Below are positions 29,274 through 38,948 of a stretch of DNA of 64,000 bases, piece by piece. Source of the stretch: a virus. Its lineage: Duplodnaviria > Heunggongvirae > Uroviricota > Caudoviricetes. Position numbers and translations under genes: made by a program. The notes below the pieces were generated by a model, which worked only from the letters and a program-made list of their open reading frames with translations, was not told where the DNA came from and searched no databases. How positions within the stretch are numbered: the first letter of the stretch is position 1; every line of letters starts with the position of its first letter. The stretch covers positions 38,172-102,171 of IMG/VR virus record IMGVR_UViG_3300042275_000481. One strand, 5' to 3'.

Positions 29274-30719
29274 TTATTCTACCCAGAATCTGGCAAATCC
29301 CTCAAGACCGCCAAGATCTAAATCAATATATACAGACTCATAGTTCTTAGTTTTGAGTTCTGCTTTAGCAATTTTAGGATTATTATTGAAGTCAATATGC
29401 TCAAAATATTTTTGAATTGCATCCAATGTTCTTACTGGAAGCTCATCTGAAAGTCGAACATAGAAGTCAAAGAATTCTTTGTCTTCATCTAAATCGCAAT
29501 GCATTTTGAATAGATTTGCTTCTTTACTGTTATTGCATTTGATTCTTCCAACTCTTATAAAGTCACTGTTAAAAACAGATGGAGTTGGTGAAGCAAAGAT
29601 TTCGCCAAAATCATGTGCTGATAGAAGCGGTTCTTTATCTTCATACAATAACAAATCCAAACTTCCTCTAACTCTGTCCACATCTAGTGGATGAGTAAGT
29701 TCTAGTGAAATATTGCCTTTGTCATCTTTTACTTCTCGATACATATCAGTATCAAGGACTTTGTTAATAGCGTCTCCACTTTCGATATTGAATGTATTTC
29801 CATATTCTGGAACTATGAAATCAAATACTTCTTCAGAGCTCTTAATCGCTGCAACAACGAAGTCTTCAATAGATTCGTCATTTGATTGAGCCAAGAATAG
29901 AATATATTTTTCATTATTGCCTATATATGTTAATGTATCCATAGTAGAAAATGCTGGTATCAAGTTGTAACCTTTGGTTGCAACAAAAGTTTGAAGATTG
30001 TATGGGCCTTCACCATAGATATCTTTGAATTCATCGTAAAGATGTTCACTAGGGATATAAACAATTGCGCCAAATGATTCGTTATCAGCAATGATATCAA
30101 AATCATAAGATGTCATTTGTTCTTCTCCATCATCAAAGAGTTCATCTTCTTCACCGCTAGCTATACCTAATAGTTTTTCCACATCCTCGTCAGATGCAGC
30201 TCCACCAGAAAGTAAGTTAATCAGTTTATTTACAAAATCTGTGGTTTCTTCCATTTCGTCATCAGGAATTCCTAAATCTTCTTGCATCTTCTCTAATAGT
30301 TCATCCATGTTACCAAAAGGGTTTTTACCAGCGTTAGGTGACATCTTTGACATATCAGGAGTATGATTACCTCCTAGAAATTTATCAAGAACCATTTTCA
30401 AACCAATGTTATCCAAAGAGAAGTGTTTTTCATTACCATTCCCAGAAGTCATCATATGTCCTGAGAGCTCTTCTAGAAAGTCAGGATCAGAATTGCTATT
30501 TAGCATTTGAGCGAATTTTTCCATTGCACTTTCTAATTCACTTTCTGTTACTCCAAACATTTCTGTTATTTCAGATGCAGCATCTCCAAAGGGTTTACCT
30601 CTGCCTGGATGATTATTTCTTTTAGGTTGAACATCTTCTTCGATGTCAATATTTTCTTCCATTCCAGAAATAGAGAAGTTTGTTTCTTTATCTTTGTCGT
30701 TATCATCAAAGAAATTCAT
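29274..30719 (-). CDS. large acidic hypothetical protein
   Basis: 481-aa D/E-rich ORF downstream of clpP on the same strand. It ends at a hairpin terminator (aaaaagaaggattcgaaaatccttctt, 29240-29270). Confidence 0.45.
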   Translation of the reverse strand: MNFFDDNDKDKETNFSISGMEENIDIEEDVQPKRNNHPGRGKPFGDAASEITEMFGVTESELESAMEKFAQMLNSNSDPDFLEELSGHMMTSGNGNEKHFSLDNIGLKMVLDKFLGGNHTPDMSKMSPNAGKNPFGNMDELLEKMQEDLGIPDDEMEETTDFVNKLINLLSGGAASDEDVEKLLGIASGEEDELFDDGEEQMTSYDFDIIADNESFGAIVYIPSEHLYDEFKDIYGEGPYNLQTFVATKGYNLIPAFSTMDTLTYIGNNEKYILFLAQSNDESIEDFVVAAIKSSEEVFDFIVPEYGNTFNIESGDAINKVLDTDMYREVKDDKGNISLELTHPLDVDRVRGSLDLLLYEDKEPLLSAHDFGEIFASPTPSVFNSDFIRVGRIKCNNSKEANLFKMHCDLDEDKEFFDFYVRLSDELPVRTLDAIQKYFEHIDFNNNPKIAKAELKTKNYESVYIDLDLGGLEGFARFWVE

Positions 30720-30772
30720 ATATTTTCCTCCTTTTGGAAAAGAGGGGGAAAGATTATTCCCCCAATTTTATT

Positions 30773-31369
30773 TTATTTATCAGATGGTTTCTTGATTTCG
30801 TCAATAATTCCATATTTTAATGCATCTTCTGCAAACATCCAACTGTCACGTTGTGTATCTTTTTTAAGTTGAGTAACTGTCTTGTTACATGATTTTGCAA
30901 TCATCTTAAGCAATTTCTCATTTAATTGTTTTGTAAAGTCAAGAGAAACTTCCATATCTTGGATATTTCCTTGAGTTCCACTAGATACTTGATGAAGCAT
31001 TACAGTTGCATTTGGTAGCGCAAAACGCTTGTCACCTTGAGACAGAATAGCTGCGCCCATAGATGCAGCAAGACCTTTAACACAAGTATAAACTGGTGCT
31101 TCAATATCTTTCATAACATCAATAATAGCCAATCCGTCAAGAACGGATCCTCCCGGACTGTTGATGTATAATTGAATAGGTTGTTTGCTAATTTTATTCA
31201 AATGTAACAATGTTTGTGTAATATAGCTAGCTTGTCTTTCATCAACAACACCTTCTAAATGGACAACACGGTCGTCAATTTGTGCACGTTGAATATCATA
31301 TTTAGGTTCTGAGTAATAAGTCCCTGAACTAGTCATAGGCTTATTAATATTTTTCGGATCAAAATTCAT
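30773..31369 (-). CDS. clpP: ClpP-family serine protease (S14; ClpP/NfeD-like)
   Basis: YINSPGGSV, Ser nucleophile in GLAASMGA, His in MLHQVSSG. 198 aa. Confidence 0.8.
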   Translation of the reverse strand: MNFDPKNINKPMTSSGTYYSEPKYDIQRAQIDDRVVHLEGVVDERQASYITQTLLHLNKISKQPIQLYINSPGGSVLDGLAIIDVMKDIEAPVYTCVKGLAASMGAAILSQGDKRFALPNATVMLHQVSSGTQGNIQDMEVSLDFTKQLNEKLLKMIAKSCNKTVTQLKKDTQRDSWMFAEDALKYGIIDEIKKPSDK

Positions 31370-31433
31370 ATTTTCCTCCTTGATTTTTAGAATTGAGGGG
31401 AAGATTTCTCTTCCCCAATTTAATATTTTTTAT

Positions 31434-32543
31434 TTATGGATTTATAATAATTCCGGATCCATCAGTAATAACTTGTGGCAACTCACCATTCCATGTATTT
31501 AAATACTCGATATATTGAATATAATCAAAGATTACCTTTAATTCTTCTGGAGTACTTCCTGAAGTATCAACTGTATATGTTGTAACCTCTGTAACTGGAT
31601 CTGTGGTCGATGTAACTGGCATACCTAATGTTCTGGCAACATCAACGACCTTAGCTGACAATGCAGCTGCTTCAGCCTGAGCGATTGCAAGAATAGCGTT
31701 TGCTTCACCTTTAGCTTCTTCTAGAGCCGATTCTGCTTCAAGAATAGTTGTTGCTAATTGTTGTTCAGCCTGAATGATGGCAATTTGTTTTTCAGTTTCA
31801 GCTTTTAATCTTTGTTGATCTGCAATCATCTTAGCTTCAACAGCTGCTTCAAAAGCATCTGAAAATGCAAAATCTGTAAGATAAATCGCAACAATTTCAA
31901 CAGGCATTCCTCTACCATTAATTTCCTCAACAATTAAGGTTTCTATAGAAACAGATAATGCGGATCTTTGTGAAATTAAATCCTCAGCGGTATATTGTGA
32001 TAAAGACGATTTAGTTCTTTCCATAACAAGCGAACCTAATCTATCTCTAACATTTTGAACATCTCCACCATATTTTTCATAGATTGTTTGAGCTTGTTCT
32101 CTCTTAATTCTCCACTGAACTGTAAGCATTGCGTCTACAGGCTGGGAATCGTTAGAATAGAATGATATTCCCATATCTTCAAGATTGTCATATCTGATTT
32201 CTTGAACTTTTAATGTATATTTGTGATATTTTTCTAATGGGCTTTTAACCTTTAAACCAGGTTCATATACAACTCCTTGAATATCTCCTAATTGAGTAAC
32301 AACCACTACTTCGGTTGCATCAATAGTTTGAAACATTCCAAATAATACAATTAATGCGCCAAGTGGAGCAAGTAACACAAGTTTACGGAATTTCCATCCG
32401 AACTTATATTGTTCTTCTGTATATTTTTCAACAGTTCCATCATATTTTACTTTTTGTTTCTCAACAATATATGAATGTTCTCCTAGGCCAAGACCAATGA
32501 ATAAACCAATAACTAAAATAAATGCAAAAATAATTAAAAACAT
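31434..32543 (-). CDS. SPFH/band-7 (stomatin/prohibitin/HflKC-like) membrane protein
   Basis: N-terminal TM helix. SPFH core domain. Long Ala/Glu/Gln coiled-coil (AEQQLATTILEAESALEEAKGEANAILAIAQAEAAAL). Confidence 0.75.
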   Translation of the reverse strand: MFLIIFAFILVIGLFIGLGLGEHSYIVEKQKVKYDGTVEKYTEEQYKFGWKFRKLVLLAPLGALIVLFGMFQTIDATEVVVVTQLGDIQGVVYEPGLKVKSPLEKYHKYTLKVQEIRYDNLEDMGISFYSNDSQPVDAMLTVQWRIKREQAQTIYEKYGGDVQNVRDRLGSLVMERTKSSLSQYTAEDLISQRSALSVSIETLIVEEINGRGMPVEIVAIYLTDFAFSDAFEAAVEAKMIADQQRLKAETEKQIAIIQAEQQLATTILEAESALEEAKGEANAILAIAQAEAAALSAKVVDVARTLGMPVTSTTDPVTEVTTYTVDTSGSTPEELKVIFDYIQYIEYLNTWNGELPQVITDGSGIIINP

Positions 32544-32612
32544 AATTTGTACCTCCCAATTTTCTTAAAATTTTTTACTCAAAGTTTAAAAGAAGGGAAT
32601 CCGAAGATTCCC

Positions 32613-33216
32613 TTATACTGATACTACTTCTTTTTCTTTTTGCTTGGACTCGATACGATCAATAGCCACAAGCATTTGTTTTCTTACAGCGCGCTTCAAT
32701 CCACGTGCACCATAAGTTTCGATATCAGCTGTCTTAATGATATCATCGATATCAGATTTAATGAATTTAACATCTTTTTCCATTTCCATGTACTCTTGAT
32801 ATTCTTTCTTGTATCTGTCGATTAGTGTTTCAGCGATATCTTTTTCAAGACCGTTGAACACAATGATTTCATCTAAACGGTTGATGAATTCTGGACGGAA
32901 ATGCTTTTCAACATTTTCTCTAATTTCGCTTGACTCAGTTTTATGAGTTACGAATCCAGAACTTCTAGGTTTAGCAAAGTCTTTACCATAACCTAAGTTC
33001 GTTGTGAAAATAATAATCGCATTTCTAAATGAAACACGATTTTTATGGTTATCAGTCATTTCACCTGTATCTAAGATATTCAATAATGTATCGAATACTT
33101 TTGGATGAGCTTTTTCAATTTCATCAAATAGAACGACTGAGTTTGGATACTGTTTGATTTTTGCAACTAAACCTGATTCATCATCATGGCCTATATCTTT
33201 TGTGTTACGATAGTTC
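32613..33216 (-). CDS. ClpC/ClpA-like double-AAA+ ATPase, exon 3 of 3
   Basis: GHDDESGLVAKIKQYPNSVVLFDEIEKAHPKVFDTLLNILDTGEMTD (D2 Walker B/sensor), RPEFINRLDEIIVF (sensor 2), GARGLKRAV. The 5' boundary is uncertain (33191-33216). Confidence 0.65.
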
Positions 33217-33491
33217 GCTAAACTATCTCTTTATATTTCTATAAAGAACTGACTATATCTTCACCCGATAAACGGGGTACTGCATTTCGAGTTCGCTTGA
33301 ACCCTACTCCCATAAGGGATAGTCGATGAACCTTCATCTCATTGAGATGTTTGGCTGCGGATTGCCCAATCTCTTGCCTTTTTACCATCTCTCCGACGTT
33401 ACTCTTCGATTAACAGGTAGCTAAGAGCTCTAAGGGGTTTCCCGCAATTAACAGTATTTTCTTTTGTATATCACTATACAATGGGGCGTAT
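33217..33491 (-). mobile_element. ORF-less group I intron (Clp intron B)
   Basis: R (revcomp of gggatagtcgatgaacc, 33316-33332) and S (33251-33259) elements. Conserved gcggattgcccaatct and gctctaaggggtttcccgcaatta blocks. Proposed 5' splice site after U of tgg-att. The 3' splice site is ambiguous: ..tagcg or ..gatata. Confidence 0.5.
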
Positions 33492-33628
33492 AATCCACCC
33501 AGGGGCACTACCAGTAATTTTTGTTACATCCATTTCAGTACCATATTCACCCATATTTAATTTGATTAAGTTTCGTTCAGCACCACAGAATTGCTTTGCA
33601 ACAATTTTACAAGTTTCGGTTTTACCGA
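33492..33628 (-). CDS. ClpC/ClpA-like ATPase, exon 2 of 3 (46-aa micro-exon)
   Basis: Encodes VGKTETCKIVAKQFCGAERNLIKLNMGEYGTEMDVTKITGSAPGWI. This is the remainder of the D2 Walker A (GPTG|VGKTE) through the ...G-A-P-P-G-Y-like motif. Confidence 0.6.
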
Positions 33629-33938
33629 CCGTTTATATTCCATCGAAATCGTTAATTTCAATGCGTTCTCTTATGAACTGCTTATACTTTCATATAAGAC
33701 TAGACTATATCATCACCTTTTTCAGGTGGTTTACATTTCGACTCACTTGAGTCTACTCCTTACGGATAGTCGTTGAACTTTTCTCTTATTAAGAGACTTA
33801 GCTGCTGATTGCCCAATCTACACACTTTTCAAGCCTTGGCTTTTCCTCACGGATCGCAGTGGCAGTGTAGCTCTAAGGGGTTTCCAGCAATTAGTAAACT
33901 TTGCTTATGTAAATTTCTTTACATAGGGGCTAAATTTA
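33629..33938 (-). mobile_element. ORF-less group I intron (Clp intron A)
   Basis: Exon 1 ends GPTG (ggt, U) followed immediately by TAA. The intron ends ..ataaacg (G) before gtcggtaaaacc. R (33754-33768) and S (33693-33701) elements, plus the gctgctgattgcccaatct and gctctaaggggtttccagcaatt blocks. Confidence 0.65.
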
Positions 33939-35408
33939 ACCCGTAGGACCTGCAAATACCATTGATGTCAATGGTTTCTCTGGATCGACTAATCCTCTTT
34001 CAATGTATCTTAGGTTCTCAATAACACGGTTCAATGGTCTTTCTTGACCTAATAGAACACGTTTCAACTCTTTTGCAGTTGCTTCTGTTTTGTTGTCAGC
34101 AATATTGATATCATATTTGACTTTAATCGCTGTGCGAACATCATCTGTGAAAACAATTTCACCGTCTTCATTGAAAACAGTTGAACTGGCAAATGCAAGT
34201 TCCAACATATTAATTGCTTTTGCTGGATTTGCTTGGTCAAGGGTGTATTTTTCAGAATAGTCTAAGACTTTTCTTACTAAATCGTCCTCAGCCTTCTTAC
34301 CAAAATATTCTTCGATATCAGGTTGTACACCTTTAAGAATTTGATAAGTTTGTTGTTTTGTAGGCTCACTAATGTTTACCTTATGGAAACGTCTTTCTAA
34401 TGCTTTGTCTTTGCTGATGTGTTTTTGATATTCATCATCAGTTGTAGTCCAAATCATTTGAATTTCACCACGAGTGATATATGGTTTAAGAATATTACCA
34501 CCACTTGCAGCTCCTTCTGCGTCTCCTAATTTCACCATCATATGTGCTTCATCAATGAACAGAATTACTTCTGGATTTTCTTTGACAAGTTTAATGATGT
34601 TCATAAGTTTTTCTTCAAAATCACCACGATATCTAGTTCCAGCAACTAATGCACCTGGATCTAATTGGTATACAATTTTGTTTCTGAACTTTTTAATAAC
34701 ATTTTTATTATTAATACGATTTACGAATTCATATACTGCAACAGTCTTACCTGTACCAGCAGGTCCAACGAGAATCGCATTTCTAATTGATTTTCCTGAC
34801 AAAGCCATTTGAATTTGATTAACAGCATTGTCTGCACCGATTACAACTGGTTTCGCTTGTTTCACATATCTGTTAAGATTTGTTAACTCACGGATTTTTT
34901 CCAATGCATCGATTTCTTGTTTAGTTGCAACAATATTAAATGCTTCAACAATTTTCTCAGACATTTGGTCAACTTTTTGAGTTGAACCGCCGAGAACAAA
35001 TTCAAGAATACTTCTAAGTTTATAACTTGGGTCTGAAAATAACACTTTAATAAGGTCTTCAACTTGCATTTGTCTGCGTTGTGCAAGAGCATCTCTTTTA
35101 AGTTGATTTCTTACAGCATTACCTTCTTCATGCCAAGTAACTTCAAAACGTTCTCCGCCTACATCCAATCCAGGATATAGTTCCAAGAATACCTTTTCAA
35201 AATCTTCTCCCTTAACTTCGTATTCTTGTAAGATATTCGTTAGAGTTTCATACGTCTCAGCAAATCTTTCAGTATCTTTATTCTTCTTCAAGAAGATTGT
35301 TGTACCTAAGAATAGATGAGGTGTACCAACCCAATTTTGATAGTTCTTAATTGCAATTTGTCCCGCTTTTTGCGAAATCATTTCGACTTCTTGTGATAGT
35401 GCCTTCAT
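33939..35408 (-). CDS. ClpC/ClpA-like ATPase, exon 1 of 3 (Clp-N repeat, D1 AAA+, start of D2)
   Basis: D1 Walker A GPAGTGKT. Walker B ILFIDEAH. ALERRF. Ends at ...MVFAGPTG (first half of the D2 P-loop). Confidence 0.75.
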
Positions 35409-35420
35409 TCTTTTCCTCCT

Positions 35421-35849
35421 TTAGAATCCAAAATCATCATCATCATCGTCTTCATGAGGATTGACTTGAACGGTATTTTGTTTGTTTTCATATTCTTTAA
35501 GATCTGTAAATGACATTTCCTTAACAGTTGCCATAATTTCATCGATTTTGTCGAGAATTTGTTCATCTGTAAGTGCTTCTGGTCTTTCACCAGTCATTTG
35601 TTCCATTATATCTGCAAAATCTGGATCTGATAAAGCTTCTAGATCCGTCATCGCACCAACATATCGTGATATTACCATAAAGTTAGCTCTGAAGTCAGCG
35701 CTTTCTTTATACTCAATATTTCTTTTTGCTTCTTTTACAGTAGCTTCTATTTTTTCAATAACTTCTAATTTTGCTTTCTCAACGGGTCCAAGACTCGCTT
35801 CTTCTTCTAGACCATCATCATCTAAGAAGAAATCATCAAAATCAGCCAT
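35421..35849 (-). CDS. acidic protein (poly-Asp C-terminus)
   Basis: 142-aa ORF ending HEDDDDDDFGF. Lies between the VWA gene and the Clp ATPase gene. Confidence 0.45.
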   Translation of the reverse strand: MADFDDFFLDDDGLEEEASLGPVEKAKLEVIEKIEATVKEAKRNIEYKESADFRANFMVISRYVGAMTDLEALSDPDFADIMEQMTGERPEALTDEQILDKIDEIMATVKEMSFTDLKEYENKQNTVQVNPHEDDDDDDFGF

Positions 35850-35907
35850 ATTAGTTCCTCCCTGTTTCTATAATTTTGTTGGGAACATAGAAAAATAAAG
35901 ACGGATC

Positions 35908-37383
35908 CTAGAAGAATCCGTCTTGTTGTTTTTTCATTTTAACCCAATCAGCGTCTTTTTTCAACGCTTTAACTTCACCATATGGTTCTTTCAGTGATAA
36001 ATGTTTTTCATCTGCAAGAACGATCCAAAGATTTCTTAGTGTTCTTGGTTTTGGAATTTCAGAATCACCAAAGCCATCAGTAAAGTATACCATTAGCGCA
36101 TTTTTATATGCACCAGTTTCATTGATATGATTGATTACAGGAATGAAAGAAGTTCCTCCACGACCTGTAACTTTTGTATTTACATCACGAGGATATTTTG
36201 CATCATAAATTCTTCCAATTTCAGCATCACATTCGATGATAGTAACTTTTGTATCATAATCTTTAACGATATTGAAAATTTCGTTGATTACATACTCAAT
36301 ATCACTATTTGACATAGAACCTGATGTGTCAATTGCAACAACAAGTTGTATATGTCTCTTTGGAAGTTTACCAGATAAGTCAGCACGATATGGTTGACGT
36401 CTGTTTAGACGTGTTTTAGTTCTTCTGTATGGAACAGGAACTGTACCCATATACTTTTTAAGAATCTGTTTCCAACTAATTTCTGGTTTTCTAAGAAGAT
36501 GTTTAATCTGTTCGATTACACCTGCAGGCATAAGTCCACGAGATTTTTCATCCATCTTATTATAAACATCTGCAATTAAACCTTTAACTCTGTCTTTCGC
36601 ATCTTCACTATCAACTTTTTCCCATTGATGTGGTGCTTGACCATTTTGATTATTTTGAGTTGCAGGTGCATTAGGATCTGGTTCACCTTCTCCTTGACCT
36701 TGTCCTGGCATAGCAAACTTGCTAGGTTTACTTTTCTTATTACTATCACCATCTTGTGGCTTAGGACCAAAGTTCTTCAAGAACTTATAATAATAGTCAA
36801 TCGAACTGTTTTCTTTCGGTGTTCTATTACTTTCTTGATTCATTTTTGCGGTTGTGTAAGCGTCAGGTGGAAGACGTAATGTCTTCGATCTGTCGTTTTT
36901 ATCTAATCTTATATCTTGTTGAACCATTGATGAAACAGATGCACTTGAAGCTTTTTCAAGGTTCACATGTTGTTCTGGATCATTTGCACCATTTAACTCA
37001 CCAAATACTGATGGATGATTATAAACTAATCTCAAAATCTCAGAAATAACCAATGCTGTAAATTCAGCATATGGATATTTAGCTAAGAATAATGGATTGA
37101 AATGCAATTCAAGTGGTTCTTTACTTACATCAATATCAAGTGGGCCTCGAATATTGAAGTTAACTTTTGTTGTCATGTTAACTAGAACTGAGCCCCAGAA
37201 AACATCGTGTGCCATGATTAAGTGAATTTTTTCAAATTCAATTACTTGCTCAAAAGCCTCTCTAAGAGGAGGGAGGATCTTTTCATCGACCTTCCCTTCA
37301 TTTATCAAAGCAGAAGCCTCAGCTTGATCTACAAGTTCACGGCAGATATTATATACTTCTAAAATATTAGTCTTTCCTGCCAT
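35908..37383 (-). CDS. von Willebrand factor A (VWA) domain protein, partner of the MoxR ATPase (DUF2201/ViaA/CoxE-like)
   Basis: MIDAS motif in VVAIDTSGSMSNSD. Further VWA elements (TDG..D). Long N-terminal region with a Gln/Pro/Gly-rich linker. Immediately downstream of, and tightly spaced (10 bp) with, the MoxR gene. Confidence 0.7.
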   Translation of the reverse strand: MAGKTNILEVYNICRELVDQAEASALINEGKVDEKILPPLREAFEQVIEFEKIHLIMAHDVFWGSVLVNMTTKVNFNIRGPLDIDVSKEPLELHFNPLFLAKYPYAEFTALVISEILRLVYNHPSVFGELNGANDPEQHVNLEKASSASVSSMVQQDIRLDKNDRSKTLRLPPDAYTTAKMNQESNRTPKENSSIDYYYKFLKNFGPKPQDGDSNKKSKPSKFAMPGQGQGEGEPDPNAPATQNNQNGQAPHQWEKVDSEDAKDRVKGLIADVYNKMDEKSRGLMPAGVIEQIKHLLRKPEISWKQILKKYMGTVPVPYRRTKTRLNRRQPYRADLSGKLPKRHIQLVVAIDTSGSMSNSDIEYVINEIFNIVKDYDTKVTIIECDAEIGRIYDAKYPRDVNTKVTGRGGTSFIPVINHINETGAYKNALMVYFTDGFGDSEIPKPRTLRNLWIVLADEKHLSLKEPYGEVKALKKDADWVKMKKQQDGFF

Positions 37384-37393
37384 AATGGCCTCC

Positions 37394-38851
37394 TTATTCT
37401 TCTTTCATTAAGTTTTTAAGCGTACTGTCGAATTCAGAAAGTTGCAATAAGACCTCACGTGCAAAGCATTTAGAAATCTTAGAGAATACATTCTTTCCAT
37501 CTTTTGCAATAACTTTCTCTACATTTGAAAGACCTTTTGCGAAGGTGATTCTTGTAGAATCGTCAAGCATTTGAACGAATTCTGTGATTTGATCCTTATA
37601 GTTATTGTATTCTTTTGCAATCTTCAAATCAGATGATTTTTTCTTATTTTCAAAGTCAACAATTGTTTCAGCGATGTAGTAAATAACTGTGTCAGCAGTA
37701 ATCTTTCTACGAAGTGCACCTTGTTTGTTGAATTTAACTTTAAGTTCATTACTGATTGTTGCGGTTTTACCATTGATAAGTTCTTCTGGTTTAATAAGTG
37801 TGCTTGTATCTTTTAAGTTACGGATAAATGCACGACCTGCTGTTTGACCAACTTTACCAATGATCATTCTTTGCATATCGCCATCTTCGTCTGATCTATC
37901 TTGACGACTTAGAAGAGGGGTTTTAGCAAATACTTGGAAACTTTCATAAATATATGCAACAATTTCCCAAGAACGTGGTGATGGATGTTGCTCATCAGTA
38001 TCCTTATGAGAGTTGTCTTTTGTCATAAATTGACTTTCATCAACAGCAATTGCGTTGATAACGTCTGTATTAATTCCTTTATCAAGAGCATAATCTACCC
38101 AGTCGCTTAACTTAGCATCAACAACGATTTTAAGGAAGCGGTCTTTTTGAGCGTCATCCATTTCGTTAGTTGCATAAGTTGAGTTTTGAGATGATGGATT
38201 GACTGCGCCTACAATCGTAACCCACCAAGGTAAGTCATAACCATTGATATTTTTGTTAAGAACGATGTTCATTAATTCTTTCATTGTTTGTGGTTCTGTA
38301 CGGTTAAGCTCATCAATAAATAGTAAGAAAGGTTTAATTTCTCCACTTTCGATTAATGCAATTTTAAGTTCTGCTGGTAATTCTTCACCGAATTTAAATT
38401 CGTTGATTTCTCCATCAACAAGACGTTCCATTTGAGAACGTGTTGCTAATACTTTTGCTTTCTTAGTTTTAGGGTCTGTATAAACCATACCTTCATCAGT
38501 AAGTTTAAGAGCTCCACCTAAGAAACCTTCTTCTTTTGCAATTCTGTAATATTCTTTTTCAAGTTTCATAATATTACTTGTTACATAATAAGGAACGAAA
38601 CGAACTTCTGTTCCTCCATCTTTAGTTGGGCTTGCAAATGGTAAACCAGTTACTTCCCCTTCTTTTAGAGATCCACCTTCAACTACGTTACTGAACCCTC
38701 CAAGTTCTTTTGCAGCTTGGTGAATAATTTCTGTTTTACCGATACCATGAGGACCTGATAAAAGCATTGTAATACCTTTACCTCTTGGTGTAATAAGATT
38801 TGCTAAATATGCGCGCTTAACTAAGCGCTTTGACACTTCAATTGTTGCCAT
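37394..38851 (-). CDS. MoxR-family AAA+ ATPase (AAA_5)
   Basis: Walker A LSGPHGIGKTE. Walker B LLFIDELNR. Sensor-1/Arg-finger region TIVGAVNPSSQNSTYATNEMDDAQKDRF matches the MoxR ..ATQNP...LP.A.LDRF signature. Confidence 0.75.
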   Translation of the reverse strand: MATIEVSKRLVKRAYLANLITPRGKGITMLLSGPHGIGKTEIIHQAAKELGGFSNVVEGGSLKEGEVTGLPFASPTKDGGTEVRFVPYYVTSNIMKLEKEYYRIAKEEGFLGGALKLTDEGMVYTDPKTKKAKVLATRSQMERLVDGEINEFKFGEELPAELKIALIESGEIKPFLLFIDELNRTEPQTMKELMNIVLNKNINGYDLPWWVTIVGAVNPSSQNSTYATNEMDDAQKDRFLKIVVDAKLSDWVDYALDKGINTDVINAIAVDESQFMTKDNSHKDTDEQHPSPRSWEIVAYIYESFQVFAKTPLLSRQDRSDEDGDMQRMIIGKVGQTAGRAFIRNLKDTSTLIKPEELINGKTATISNELKVKFNKQGALRRKITADTVIYYIAETIVDFENKKKSSDLKIAKEYNNYKDQITEFVQMLDDSTRITFAKGLSNVEKVIAKDGKNVFSKISKCFAREVLLQLSEFDSTLKNLMKEE

Positions 38852-38948
38852 AATTTTGTTTCCTCCCTGTTATTTGTTTTGTCGAGTTATAATTTTCCAG
38901 TAACTCGCATTTATAATATATAGTTTAAAACTTATTTAAAAATACAAC

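Noticed and set aside
30773-31369. ClpP as a capsid prohead protease
   Set aside because: No scaffold, major capsid or portal genes are adjacent. It is instead sandwiched between an SPFH gene and a Clp unfoldase gene, so a soluble or membrane proteolytic role seems more likely. A prohead-protease role cannot be fully excluded without the rest of the genome.
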